Positions 45,901 through 55,871 of a DNA stretch of 64,000 nt are shown one piece after another. The stretch spans positions 96,001 through 160,000 of the forward strand of contig CAWGVG010000021.1 of the NCBI GenBank assembly GCA_963825865.1, read 5' to 3'. The DNA is from an uncultured Nitrososphaeraceae archaeon. GTDB taxonomy: Archaea; Thermoproteota; Nitrososphaeria; Nitrososphaerales; Nitrososphaeraceae. The notes beneath the pieces were generated by a model. The model saw only the letters and a program-made list of their open reading frames with translations, had not been told where the DNA came from and ran no database searches. Made by a program: the position numbers and the translations under genes. Numbering within the stretch: position 1 is the first letter of the stretch; the number at the start of each line of letters is the position of its first letter.

Positions 45901-46118
45901 ATGAACAAAACATCAACAATTCTAGCGACAGTTGCTATCTTAGCAGCACTAACATTAGTGTTAGCAGTAGTGGCAACTACAATAGCAACAACACAATCAG
46001 CATTCGCTTCTAACCGAACGGCAATACAATAACCATTCAGAGAAACGAACAACATGCGACAGTAAGTGGACACGATAAGCATGTGGAGCAATGCTCTTTC
46101 AACGGCCATCCCTGCTAA
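45901..46118 (+). CDS. short secreted peptide, paralog of 41614-42232 (frameshifted)
   Basis: MNKTSTILATVAILAALTLVLAVVATTIATTQSAFAS, then after a shift NGNTITIQRNEQHATVSGHDKHVEQCSFNGHPC*. Confidence 0.6.
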
Positions 46119-46206
46119 ACTAAATCGAGGTAGCGGTCCAGGACATCAACCATCACCTCTTCCATTATTTTTTAACATTGAATGATAGCAAAAGTTTTAG
46201 CTTCTT

Positions 46207-47646
46207 GTGTATAGATATAATAATGATATGATTAATGACGAAGGTAACGATGATGCTGATAATAATTCTACACCATCAGCATCATCAGAATTACCTAGAT
46301 ACAGAGGACCAGTCAAATTAGAATGGGTCGACGGGCCAGACAGCTTATACATACCAGATTTTGAAAGCAGGCAGCAAATGGAACACCTGGCCAGTTACAA
46401 GAATCTTATTCTGTAGCTAAAAATTTAGATGATAATAGTGTGATAAATGAAACAGACATCAAACAGTTTGAAAGTCTAAAATCGGATAAAGAAAAGTACT
46501 ACATGGTCAAAGGAATGATTACAGGTGTAGAAAGAGTAAATAACCCTGGTAGACATGAACTACCAAAAAGAAACTAACGAAAACGGCAATCAGCAACCAC
46601 AATTAATGATAATTAAAAATCAAAAAATTGTGAATATCCTAGGTGAGGAAGAAAGCGATCCAATTTGTGATTTCCTGAACTGCTATCACAGATTCAGCTG
46701 GCACGATGGTGGTAACAAAGAGTGTGATTGTCACCATATGCAAAATGCAATATTAGGAGTGAAGGCTTAGAATGAAACATCACCACCAACAACAGATTGT
46801 TGACGACGAATTATACTATTTGATTGTTCAACAACAACAACAGTTAGAAGAGGAACGCAGATTGGACCAGCAGGACTCTGAACTTTACTCACAACTAAAG
46901 GCAGATGAACGAGAATTAAAAGACAAAGAGGCTATAGTTAGAAAGAATCGACGGGAATATCAGAGGCTAATCACTAGATATGTTCAAAGTATAAGCAAGC
47001 AAGAAGTAAGGCATAACCGAGTATAGGAGATAACAAGAAATGACTTCTTCTAGTTCTAATACAACTCCTAATACTATGGCTTTTGATGGTGAAATGTCAT
47101 TCCCATCTGTTGAAGCGTTAGTAGAATACCATGTTAGAACCATAAAGCAAGCACTCGATAAACTGATTCAGGAAGTTGAATTATCAACTGCTGCTATTGA
47201 AAATAATATAAAGAGTAAAGAGGAGGATGTGGAAAAACAAAAATGATACACCATTTCGAAATCACATCAATTACTATAATTGTCGTTTCTCTGATTCTTA
47301 CACTGTTTGTGATTCTTTTATTCTTCTATCTGCCGTCAACAACACTCTACGCTAAAGGTTCCTCTGATTCAGAGGAAGGTTCAGACTCAAACAAAGGTTC
47401 AGACTCAAGCAGTAATAACAAAGACCAAAGGCTGGATTTCGATAATTGGTAGTAGACGACGACGACGACGACCATCACCATATCTGTGAGATACATGGTT
47501 GCAATCTACCTGCTACAGCTTTTTTTGAAGTAGCCAATCTCTGCAAACAACATCTAAACGCTGCCTTATTGGACGATATGATTAAGGTCATTAAAAGATG
47601 TGTTATACGCAAGGATGAACAATTCGGCCATTTTGGCCAATTATGA
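46207..47646 (+). other. tightly packed cluster of six or more small co-oriented ORFs
   Basis: 46207-46416; 46555-46770 (CxxxxCxH..H..CxCxH); 46772-47026 (coiled coil); 47040-47246; 47243-47452 (TM); 47446-47646 (CxxxxC...CxxH). Several abut or overlap. Confidence 0.6.
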
Positions 47647-47957
47647 TTGTATATATAAGGCAGACATTATTATTTGATAACTAACTGGCTAATGATGGCG
47701 TAATAGATTTGTTTCTGGTGCGTGACATTTTGTGTATCTATCTATCTACGTCAACAAAAGCCAGTTTAACTATTCAAATATATATATATTCATATATTCA
47801 TATATACACACACATACACACATACATATCTTTCTTTGAAAGTAAGTAAGCTCAATTAATTACGGTGCCTATAACACGTCTATTCGCATACATACGGTTC
47901 TGAAAGAAACTGTATAATCTTATTTATTTAGACTGGTTCTACTACTGTATTTGTCAT

Positions 47958-48524
47958 CTATTTAACCTCCAATATTTTTGCATAAGCAAGTAATGCTGCA
48001 ACTGTCTTACAGTCATTGATTTCTCCATTAATGCATTTTTTGATCGCAGTAGTTAGCCTCATACGCTTTATTGTAATATTTTCATCGCTATCCAGATTTC
48101 CTCTTCTCTTTATTTTTCTCAAATCTGTAGCAACAAACACATACATCAATTCGGTGTCATATCCTGGGGCTAGATACCATTGCAATATTGGAAATAATTT
48201 GCCTGTATAACCGATCTCTTCTCCCATTTCTCTAAGAGCTGCCTGCTCTGGCGTTTCGTCTTTTTCTATCTTACCTGCAGGTATTTCTAACATTGTTTTT
48301 CCTGCTGCATGGCGATACTGAGTTACAAAAAGTAGATGTGTATCATCAATAACGGGAATCAATCCTATAGATGGTAAATGTTCGACAACTTCCTTTTCAA
48401 TTGTCTTTCCGTCTAGCTTGAACTTATCTATTCTAAGTGAAATGTTTCCTGAATATATTTTCTTACTAAACAATAAATCTACCTTTTTCTTCCTAATTCG
48501 CGTTTCATTCTTTATAAAAATCAA
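47958..48524 (-). CDS. Nudix hydrolase, ADP-ribose pyrophosphatase-like
   Basis: QYRHA, LEIPAGKIE..ETPEQAALREMGEEIG, LAPG, INDCKT. Confidence 0.92.
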   Translation of the reverse strand: MIFIKNETRIRKKKVDLLFSKKIYSGNISLRIDKFKLDGKTIEKEVVEHLPSIGLIPVIDDTHLLFVTQYRHAAGKTMLEIPAGKIEKDETPEQAALREMGEEIGYTGKLFPILQWYLAPGYDTELMYVFVATDLRKIKRRGNLDSDENITIKRMRLTTAIKKCINGEINDCKTVAALLAYAKILEVK

Positions 48525-48969
48525 AACTTAAACGTTTGTTAATTATCCCATACTAAAATAAAGACATAGCTATACTATGAGATATTTTTACAACACTAAA
48601 TAGACTTGAGTCAATCTCATAATCTGAAATTTGTCTATTACAATCTGCTCTAAAAAGCAAAATAAATAATAAAAATAGGCCGGTAAATTATCTCGATCAA
48701 TTCAGAATTGCGATTACCAGCTCATGGCTCAATAATTCCTTCGATCATTCTAAAATACCAATTAACGGAAAATTTGGCTTCAGATCATCAATTAATATTA
48801 TTACACATTTGATGAAAATCCTATTTAGCTTGTTTAGCTACTGTCACGGGTTGTCTACGAGAGAAGTTTGTGCTCATTTGATAAGGTTGAAAATCATGGA
48901 TGATGATATAAGAATGGAGATTACATCAAAAAAGTTAATTTTATATTCCGTATCGAGATTGAGGACTAC

Positions 48970-49392
48970 ATGTACTACATCGACGGTAATGCTAACATAA
49001 TTGTGCCCAAATCCGTCAGACCGATAATAGAATATGAGGAGACATACCTTGGTAGCAAGGAAGGTGCCAACAGACAATTTCGCTCAGGCACTCTGCACAT
49101 TAGAGAATATGATGAGTACTATACTGTCCATAGAGATAAAATTGACCCAAGAACCAATCCATTAGGGCATCTGTTATTAGACGCCCCCGAGTATTTGGTA
49201 GGTATTTTATCTTCAGTTTCTGTTGGAAAGCAAGTTAGTGATGCTGTCTATATTCGGAGAAAAGTAGAAGGCAGAAACCAGAGAATTGCCTTATGTGATG
49301 CAATAACGGCAGGTTATCTTGCAGGTTCGGCAGCCGGCATGGCTTCTTACATTGCGAGCAATGCCATCAACAAAATAAAGAGGAGTATATAG
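48970..49392 (+). CDS. hypothetical protein
   Basis: Intact 140-aa ORF with LHIREY...VHRDKIDPR.NPLGHL..DAPE. Confidence 0.65.
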   Translation: MYYIDGNANIIVPKSVRPIIEYEETYLGSKEGANRQFRSGTLHIREYDEYYTVHRDKIDPRTNPLGHLLLDAPEYLVGILSSVSVGKQVSDAVYIRRKVEGRNQRIALCDAITAGYLAGSAAGMASYIASNAINKIKRSI

Positions 49393-49529
49393 TGGAATTG
49401 GAAAATTCAGAACAAATTCAACAACAAATTTCTCCGGAGAATTGAACTTGGTCCTTCTTGCATCAAATTATGACAGTGGCTCTCAACACGAGCTGATATT
49501 ATGCCCCAACCATATCTCGAGGTATTGGA

Positions 49530-49645
49530 GAATACACTTTACAAGAGTATTTCCTAAACTCAATGTGGGACGCTTTACTAGGAAACCAATTTCAGTAGAC
49601 GAGCTAGCTAAGAGGATAAAGGAAGAACTAGAACAATCATCATAA
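49530..49645 (+). pseudogene. C-terminal remnant of a response-regulator receiver domain
   Basis: FPKLNVGRFTRKPISVDELAKRIKEEL (KP motif); no N-terminal DD or phospho-Asp region. Confidence 0.55.
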
Positions 49646-49873
49646 GAATAAGATTTTATGCAATCACAAGAAGAAGAAGAAGACGAAATAAAACTACTGT
49701 CAATCAACTACATGATACCAGTGAGAATCCCAGTAACAATAACCTAAATCACCCTCTGTATGTCAAAATGAGAGGATAGTGATGAATCGGGCACTAATTT
49801 ATTATTTCCTATAGAATTATCTTCTTTTGCTTCAGCTCAAATCTGTTTGGTTTGATAACATTGATAACAAAGA

Positions 49874-51031
49874 TTAGGCTCGAGTAATATGACCGCTAAT
49901 TGATGTTCTAAATTCTAGTGTATTGTATTTACTTATTCCAGAGTTACTAAGATAAACTTTGTTAAAGATAGAAGTAGTTGTTTGGATTGATATTCTATAT
50001 TGAGAGACAGTAGTTATGATGCCAAATCCTACAATGTTTCCTTGAAAGCCCAATCCCACAAACATACCCACAAGTTTTTTTGGTTCTAATTGAACACTTC
50101 TTCCTAATAGTAGAAAACCACGAGCGTCAATCCGTATTCTAGAGTATGTTATTCCTCTATATACAAATTTAGCCTTTTTCAATTCTCTAATAGTAATTTT
50201 ATTTTTATCATGTTCTCGTATATATCGAATATATTGAGTTAATCTTCGCTCACTTCGTTCATTTCTAGATTTTTTCATTTTGTAAGTAGTCCTTCCGTAC
50301 AAGACAAGAGATGAAGTTTTTATCCTGAATCTATCAAATACTGGATGTTCCCCGAGACACACAATTATATCAGGCTGCAATTCTTTGGCCATCTTTATCT
50401 TGTAATCAATACCTTTGTTCAGAATATATCCATCAGTATTAATTATGCAAAGATTGCAATACGAGTGAATTTTTGTCAGAGCGCTTTTGACTGCTTTGAT
50501 AATAATATCTTCAAATCCTAACGGACTTGTGTTTCCTATAAATTCAAAAAATTGAGCATCGACCTCTCGTAGGTCTGTTATTTGTTCTGTTACAACTGCA
50601 GAGCCTATTGCATTTGGTGGTGCCAGGTCCCCTTGACCTGTATCAGCATCTATGATAGCAGGTCTATAGGCGTGTTTAAGTGCCAGATTTAGAAGATAAG
50701 TTGCAAGAGTAGATTTTCCTGTATCTGTATCGCCTATAATTAGTAATGTTCTTACTTTTTTAGCGAATATTTTTCGAATGACATCTTGCCATATTGCTGT
50801 TCCAGCATTAAAATAGTCTGTAACCCAACTTTTGCCACCTTCGCTCAATTCAATATTGATTTTGGAATCACTATTAATTTCGAATGGTAAAATCTTACCA
50901 GCAGCTACAAAAACTTTATTATTGGAAACATCTTTTCCTAATACCTGACAAGTTCCCACTAGAGTAACTTCAGCAGGTCCTCTTACTAAATGAATATAAG
51001 GAGAGGAGAAATTCTTGTATTTATTCTGCAT
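49874..51031 (-). CDS. Clp1/Grc3-family polynucleotide 5'-hydroxyl kinase
   Basis: GDTDTGKST, DADTGQGDLAPP, IINTDGY, RSERR. Confidence 0.88.
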   Translation of the reverse strand: MQNKYKNFSSPYIHLVRGPAEVTLVGTCQVLGKDVSNNKVFVAAGKILPFEINSDSKINIELSEGGKSWVTDYFNAGTAIWQDVIRKIFAKKVRTLLIIGDTDTGKSTLATYLLNLALKHAYRPAIIDADTGQGDLAPPNAIGSAVVTEQITDLREVDAQFFEFIGNTSPLGFEDIIIKAVKSALTKIHSYCNLCIINTDGYILNKGIDYKIKMAKELQPDIIVCLGEHPVFDRFRIKTSSLVLYGRTTYKMKKSRNERSERRLTQYIRYIREHDKNKITIRELKKAKFVYRGITYSRIRIDARGFLLLGRSVQLEPKKLVGMFVGLGFQGNIVGFGIITTVSQYRISIQTTTSIFNKVYLSNSGISKYNTLEFRTSISGHITRA

Positions 51032-51229
51032 TAGACACTATAAATATAATTTAATTTATTCTTAATGACTCTTTGGTAATCAAAATCGTTGTTTATACAG
51101 TGACATTATATATTTATAAATAAATAATTTCCTTTTTAGCTATCCCTAATGAACAATAGTTCTAGTCTCCCATTATAACAATTCTAATAAGTATGTCTTT
51201 AGCCATGTTGTCATTGTTTTTCCATCATC

Positions 51230-51425
51230 ATTTCTGCTTGGATATCTTTTGTTCTTTCTTCATACAATTCCTCATACCATTTCTCTTTTTCTTTCTATTA
51301 TTCCCGGGATTCCATAAACAGCCCTATTAAAGCCAAAATAACCTAGAACAGTTTCTGCAGCATCAAGTATCATTTCTCTGTATTTATCCTTGTCGTAATA
51401 ATTCAGAGTTTTATCATTCTCCTTA
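51230..51425 (-). pseudogene. C-terminal remnant of a family-B DNA polymerase-like gene
   Basis: Hand translation gives NYYDKDKYREMILDAAETVLGYFGFNRAVYG, resembling the PolB thumb end. Confidence 0.5.
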
Positions 51426-51515
51426 CTGTCAACGACAATTCAAGAACTATCTAAAATATCAAAAAAATAAAAAAATCTAGTTAGGCTTTTTAGCCCATTT
51501 ATGGTCTGTATTAAC

Positions 51516-52750
51516 CTATGTCAATGTGCATTGTACGTTCCCTGTAAAGGTTCCCGCTGTATTTGGATCTCTATAAGTGATTGTTACCCTGTCTCCACAA
51601 TCCCCACTTAGAGCCTATCCCAAAATTATCCTCCTGTAGACAATAAAACAGCAAGCTAAAGAGACGAGCGCAAGATAGTTCTCTGATTTCTTTTCATATC
51701 TTACTAATAGTTTTCTGAACCTGTTATGCCATGAATTAGTTCTTTCTACAACCCACCTCCTTGCTGAATAATATCTTGGCTTTATCAATTCTTCACCTCT
51801 GTGACGAATATGCGGCATGTATCTTCTTTTGGTAGATTCTCTTTCTATTTCTGGATAATCATATCCTTTGTCCAGACATAGGTTCTGTTTCTTTAAAGGT
51901 CTTTCAACTATCACATTATCCAGTGTATCTGTTGCAGCCTTCATGTCATGTGTATTTGCAGATGTAATAATAACAGATACTGGAATACCACGCTGGTCTG
52001 TTAATACATGGCGCTTAGTTCCTATCTTACCTCTGTCAGTAGGATTAGGACCTGTCATTTCCCCCCTAAAGGTGCCTTCACAGATACACTATCAAGCGAT
52101 TGCCACGTCCATCTAATACCTTTGATATCATCATAAACTTCCAGTAGTCTTACCCACAATTTTTGAAATACTTCAGATACTGTCCACTCTTGGAATCGCC
52201 TATGGCATGTTGAACCGGAACCATACTCTTTTGGCAGCATCTTCCATTGGCAGCCAGTTCTTAAGATGTAAACAATGCCATTGAGTACTTTTCTAAAAGG
52301 AACAACAGGACGTCCTATAGTTTTATTTGGTTTTTCAGACGGAAGTAATAGTTTGATCTCTTCCCACAAATCATCTGGAACAATTCTTATAGTCTGAAGA
52401 TGCTTCTTTCTTTTATAATCATAAACCACATGAATAAGGAGAATACCTTCAAGCTATATGCCTATCTATTTTTGGGATAAGCTCTTATTGATGAGCAACA
52501 GGCAGGTTGCCTTGATTATCTGCACATACCGCTAGATTTACATCGCTTAAAGTATACGTGTTTCCATCTGTAGTTCCATCTGTAATAGTACTTGACGGAG
52601 GAAACCCGTGTTGGTTGAGATAGTATAGGTTCCACTACGTGTTCCATTGGGTTGTGCCGAGAAGTCTATAGAAATCGTAAGACCAGGTGGCACCGGCGGG
52701 TTACACACAAATGATGCGCTACTCCCTGTTCCAGTTCCTGTAATGGTAGG
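51516..52750 (-). pseudogene. Thr/Gly-rich beta-domain (surface-type) gene interrupted by the IS5 element and 5'-truncated
   Basis: ITGTGTGSSASFVC...TDGNTYTL.. on one side of the IS and ISGDCGDRVTITY...FTGNVQCTLT* on the other. Confidence 0.6.
51611..52484 (-). mobile_element. 874-bp IS5-family (IS427/IS1031-like) element with two ORFs
   Basis: TIR GAGCCTATCCCAAAA / TTTTGGGATAAGCTC; TTA target duplication; LRTGCQWKMLP..YG..STCHRRF, DKGYD, RWVVERT; ORF junction at GGGGGGAAA. Confidence 0.95.
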
Positions 52751-53382
52751 TATTTTTAGTTAGCAAGGTACTACCTTCCAACGCCTCCTATGAAGGAACT
52801 CTGAGGGCTTGCGAGTGTAGCTTAAGACGGCTGAAAACAGACTGGCTTGACCTGTACTTGCTTCACTGGCCCGGCAGCTATCCATCAGTGAGACAATGCG
52901 TGCTATGGAGAAGCTCGTGGCCGAAGGTCTAGTGCGATTCATCGGTGTCAGCAACTTCGACGTGGAAGAACTAAAAGAGGGGGAACGGGCACTCAAAAAT
53001 GAGCGAATGACATGCAATCAGATATTATATCATCTGGGAGATCGCGGAATCGAGCGACGCCTGCTGCCGTATTGCACCCAGAGGGGAATCGCTGTGGTGG
53101 GATACGCACCGTTCGGGCACGGGAATTTTCCGCCGCCACAGAGTGCTGGAGGACGAGGTACTGGCCGAGATTGCCGAGCGATACAATCGCACTTCCAGAC
53201 AGGTGGCACTTAATTTTCTGATGCGCCATCCTGGAATCTTCACTATTCCGAAAGCCAGTCGTCCAGAGCGGGTGAGAGAGAACAGCGGCGGCATGGGTTG
53301 GAAGATGACCAAGGAAGATTTTGCGGCTATCGACCGCACCTTTCCGGCACCAGACCATGATATACCTCTCGGCATGATTTAA
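52750..53382 (+). pseudogene. 5'-truncated aldo/keto reductase on a GC-rich segment
   Basis: [14 protein letters not shown]...[34 protein letters not shown]. Confidence 0.85.
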
Positions 53383-53429
53383 ACAGAAGTCGAGACGATG
53401 GAGAGGCGAGGTAAAAAAAATACGGAGTT

Positions 53430-53666
53430 ATGACGATAGGCAATATCCATTATGACTTTCGTATGCTGAAGATATCCACAGATATTCTCCATCCACAAAC
53501 ATCTACCGAGGAAGCTTGCCGCAAGGACTTCGACCTTCTCAATGGTGAGCGGCTGTGCGAAAAGATCAGAAGCTTTTGCCGTCAGTGCCGGAGCGACGCG
53601 GACCAAGAGATGTGCTGCGCAGACCGGCTTTGTCTGGAAGACATCGAAAATGCCGAATGTCAATAA
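53430..53666 (+). CDS. small Cys-rich hypothetical protein on the GC-rich segment
   Basis: 78-aa ORF with 8 Cys, preceded by GGAG. Confidence 0.5.
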   Translation: MTIGNIHYDFRMLKISTDILHPQTSTEEACRKDFDLLNGERLCEKIRSFCRQCRSDADQEMCCADRLCLEDIENAECQ

Positions 53667-54142
53667 TCATAGGCGGATCGCAAACCATTAACATCAATGA
53701 TGAATTTCATCACTTTTTAACGATTTTTTGTCAAAGTTTTATAAAGTAAAAAAAAGATTGATGTGTATACTTGCGCGAATCTATGTACAAATTTGTTTCG
53801 AAAAAGTTTTCAAAAGGCCACCTTAGGTGACGTGGGTGGTGATAAAATTTCAAAAACGTACAATCTTACTAGCGATAAAACTCGCCTTAACAATGATGTA
53901 ATGAAATTTGGATAGACAGCCGTTTAATAAACATAAAAGAAGGTAAATACAATTCATATAGCATTTTGTCAGAATTTACTGCATACTTACAGGATCCCAA
54001 TTATAATAAGAGTGTGAATTGAAAAAAGTAGATTTTTGTATATAAGATAGAGACTTTCTATTTTCATAATCTACCTGCGGAAACAAAGGTGGTATGAAAT
54101 TATTTGTATTCCTAATGTTTAATGCGTTTTAAACAGCCATAT

Positions 54143-54895
54143 TCATATTGTTACTGAAGATAACACTATCAAGGATGAAAGTCTGGTAACTTCATTAGAG
54201 GCACCAATAACATCGCCAGAAATGCCACCAAAGCTTTTGTTTGAAACATATTGTATAACTGCAGCAATTGCTAGAGATACGCTTAATGATGTGAGACTCG
54301 CATAACCACCTCCTACAAACCATATAATAATAAGTGTAATTCCGGTAGCAGTTAATATTTTCCGTTTATCCTTCATAGCAGCCGTAAATGGAGAACTAAA
54401 ACCCTCCCATGCAGATAGTCCACTATAAGCTTGCAGAACCATTATATACTTTGCCGTTACCTCAGCCACAATAATGCTGGTTAACAATTTAAGTCCATAA
54501 TGAAAACTCGATAGTGCTACAATCATACCTACAACATAAAGAATTAAGGCCACAACTCCTGCAGAACCAACTGCAGGGTCATGCATTACCTTTTGTTTGA
54601 ATTCTTTTCCACCTTTTGCCATCAATCCATCAGCAAAATCAGCCAGTGCATCAGTGTGATGAATGCCAGTAATTATTATAAATGCTCCAGTAATTAGAAA
54701 TCCAATTAATGGTGGTTGAAGATAAAATGAAATTCCATATGCTAGGCCTCCAATTAAAACTCCAGTTATTACACCAACGAATGGAAAGAGATACATACTC
54801 TTTGCAATGTGATGAATATTAATATTTGATGATGATTTGGTTACAGGTATTATGGTCAAAAATGAAATGATTGCCACTATCAATCTAAATACCAA
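54143..54895 (-). CDS. cobS: adenosylcobinamide-GDP ribazoletransferase
   Basis: FLTIIP, TGIHHTDALADFADG, MHDP.VG, GGISGDVIGA. Confidence 0.93.
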   Translation of the reverse strand: MVFRLIVAIISFLTIIPVTKSSSNINIHHIAKSMYLFPFVGVITGVLIGGLAYGISFYLQPPLIGFLITGAFIIITGIHHTDALADFADGLMAKGGKEFKQKVMHDPAVGSAGVVALILYVVGMIVALSSFHYGLKLLTSIIVAEVTAKYIMVLQAYSGLSAWEGFSSPFTAAMKDKRKILTATGITLIIIWFVGGGYASLTSLSVSLAIAAVIQYVSNKSFGGISGDVIGASNEVTRLSSLIVLSSVTI

Positions 54896-55871
54896 ATAGT
54901 ATTCCCCACCATCCAGCCAAATATAAAATTGCTATTAAAGGGATAGAGAAAATGACACAAAATAGAATTGTTGTCAATTTCATGATAGAAATTGCAATTT
55001 TACATTTTTCAACTGATGAAGGCTCATATTTCTCTCCTAATGAATAGTAGCCGATTTTTTCAAGCTTAATTCGTAGAGCACCTGCCATTGCGGCCATCGG
55101 ATATCCTGCGTTGGGACTGAAAGTCTTATTATGATCACGCTGCAAAATCGCCAGGGAATTCTTCCAGTCTGCACCAAGTACTCTTGCAGAGATTACTATT
55201 AAAAATGCAGTAATCCTTGCAGGCATATAGTTAGCAATAGTGTCAAGCCTTGCAGACATCCATCCAATGTTCTTGTAGTAATCATCATTGTAACCTAACA
55301 TGGAATCAAGCGTATTAATTGTTCTATAAATAAATGCTCCAGCAGGACCAAAAAATGAATAATAAAATAATGGTGAAACAATTCCATCAACTGTACTTTC
55401 ACCTATGCATTCGATTATTCCTGAAATGACATGTTGTTCATCAAGAGTTTTTGTATTTCTTCTTACTATCATTGATAGATTATATTGTGCATTTTCCAGA
55501 TCGCTTCTTTTTAGTGCACTCATAATTACTCTGGCGTGTTTCTCCATACCTCTTATTGAAATGGTAATTTTCAAAATTAGAGTAGAAAAAATAATTACCT
55601 CAGTTGCTCCAAGTAAATGAAGGATTGTTAATACTATAGAGTGAATCATAAGTCCAAAGGTGATAATTAAGGAAGTTGTAAAAATAAGTCCCTTTGCTCT
55701 TTCTTTCTTTGCAGGATTATTATTATTATTATTGTCTTTTAACTTTGGTACAAAGTATTCTATGAATCTGCCTAACCATGCTACTGGATGATACTTGTTG
55801 GAAGGATCTCCAAATAAAAGGTCGATTGTAACTCCTCCAGCAAGTGCTATAAACAGATATTCTGCCATCAT
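54885..55871 (-). CDS. cbiB: adenosylcobinamide-phosphate synthase
   Basis: GDP...HPV, IVRRNT, ESTVDGIVSPLFY, INTLDSMLGY, SPNAGYP. Confidence 0.93.
   Translation of the reverse strand: MMAEYLFIALAGGVTIDLLFGDPSNKYHPVAWLGRFIEYFVPKLKDNNNNNNPAKKERAKGLIFTTSLIITFGLMIHSIVLTILHLLGATEVIIFSTLILKITISIRGMEKHARVIMSALKRSDLENAQYNLSMIVRRNTKTLDEQHVISGIIECIGESTVDGIVSPLFYYSFFGPAGAFIYRTINTLDSMLGYNDDYYKNIGWMSARLDTIANYMPARITAFLIVISARVLGADWKNSLAILQRDHNKTFSPNAGYPMAAMAGALRIKLEKIGYYSLGEKYEPSSVEKCKIAISIMKLTTILFCVIFSIPLIAILYLAGWWGILFGI

Larger units (their letters stand above)
35950..47883. mobile_element. integrated plasmid/virus-like element (integrase, RHH, MCM-like helicase, SSB-like genes, cargo); probably defective; ends approximate
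   Basis: Gene content, a run of small ORFs, internal duplications and a degenerate 24-bp direct repeat at both ends; flanked by housekeeping genes (dehydratase, Nudix). Confidence 0.75.

Noticed and set aside
36013-47646. Archaeal integron
   Set aside because: I could not find attC-like sites (RYYYAAC...GTTRRRY hairpins) between ORFs, and the MCM/RHH content fits a replicon.
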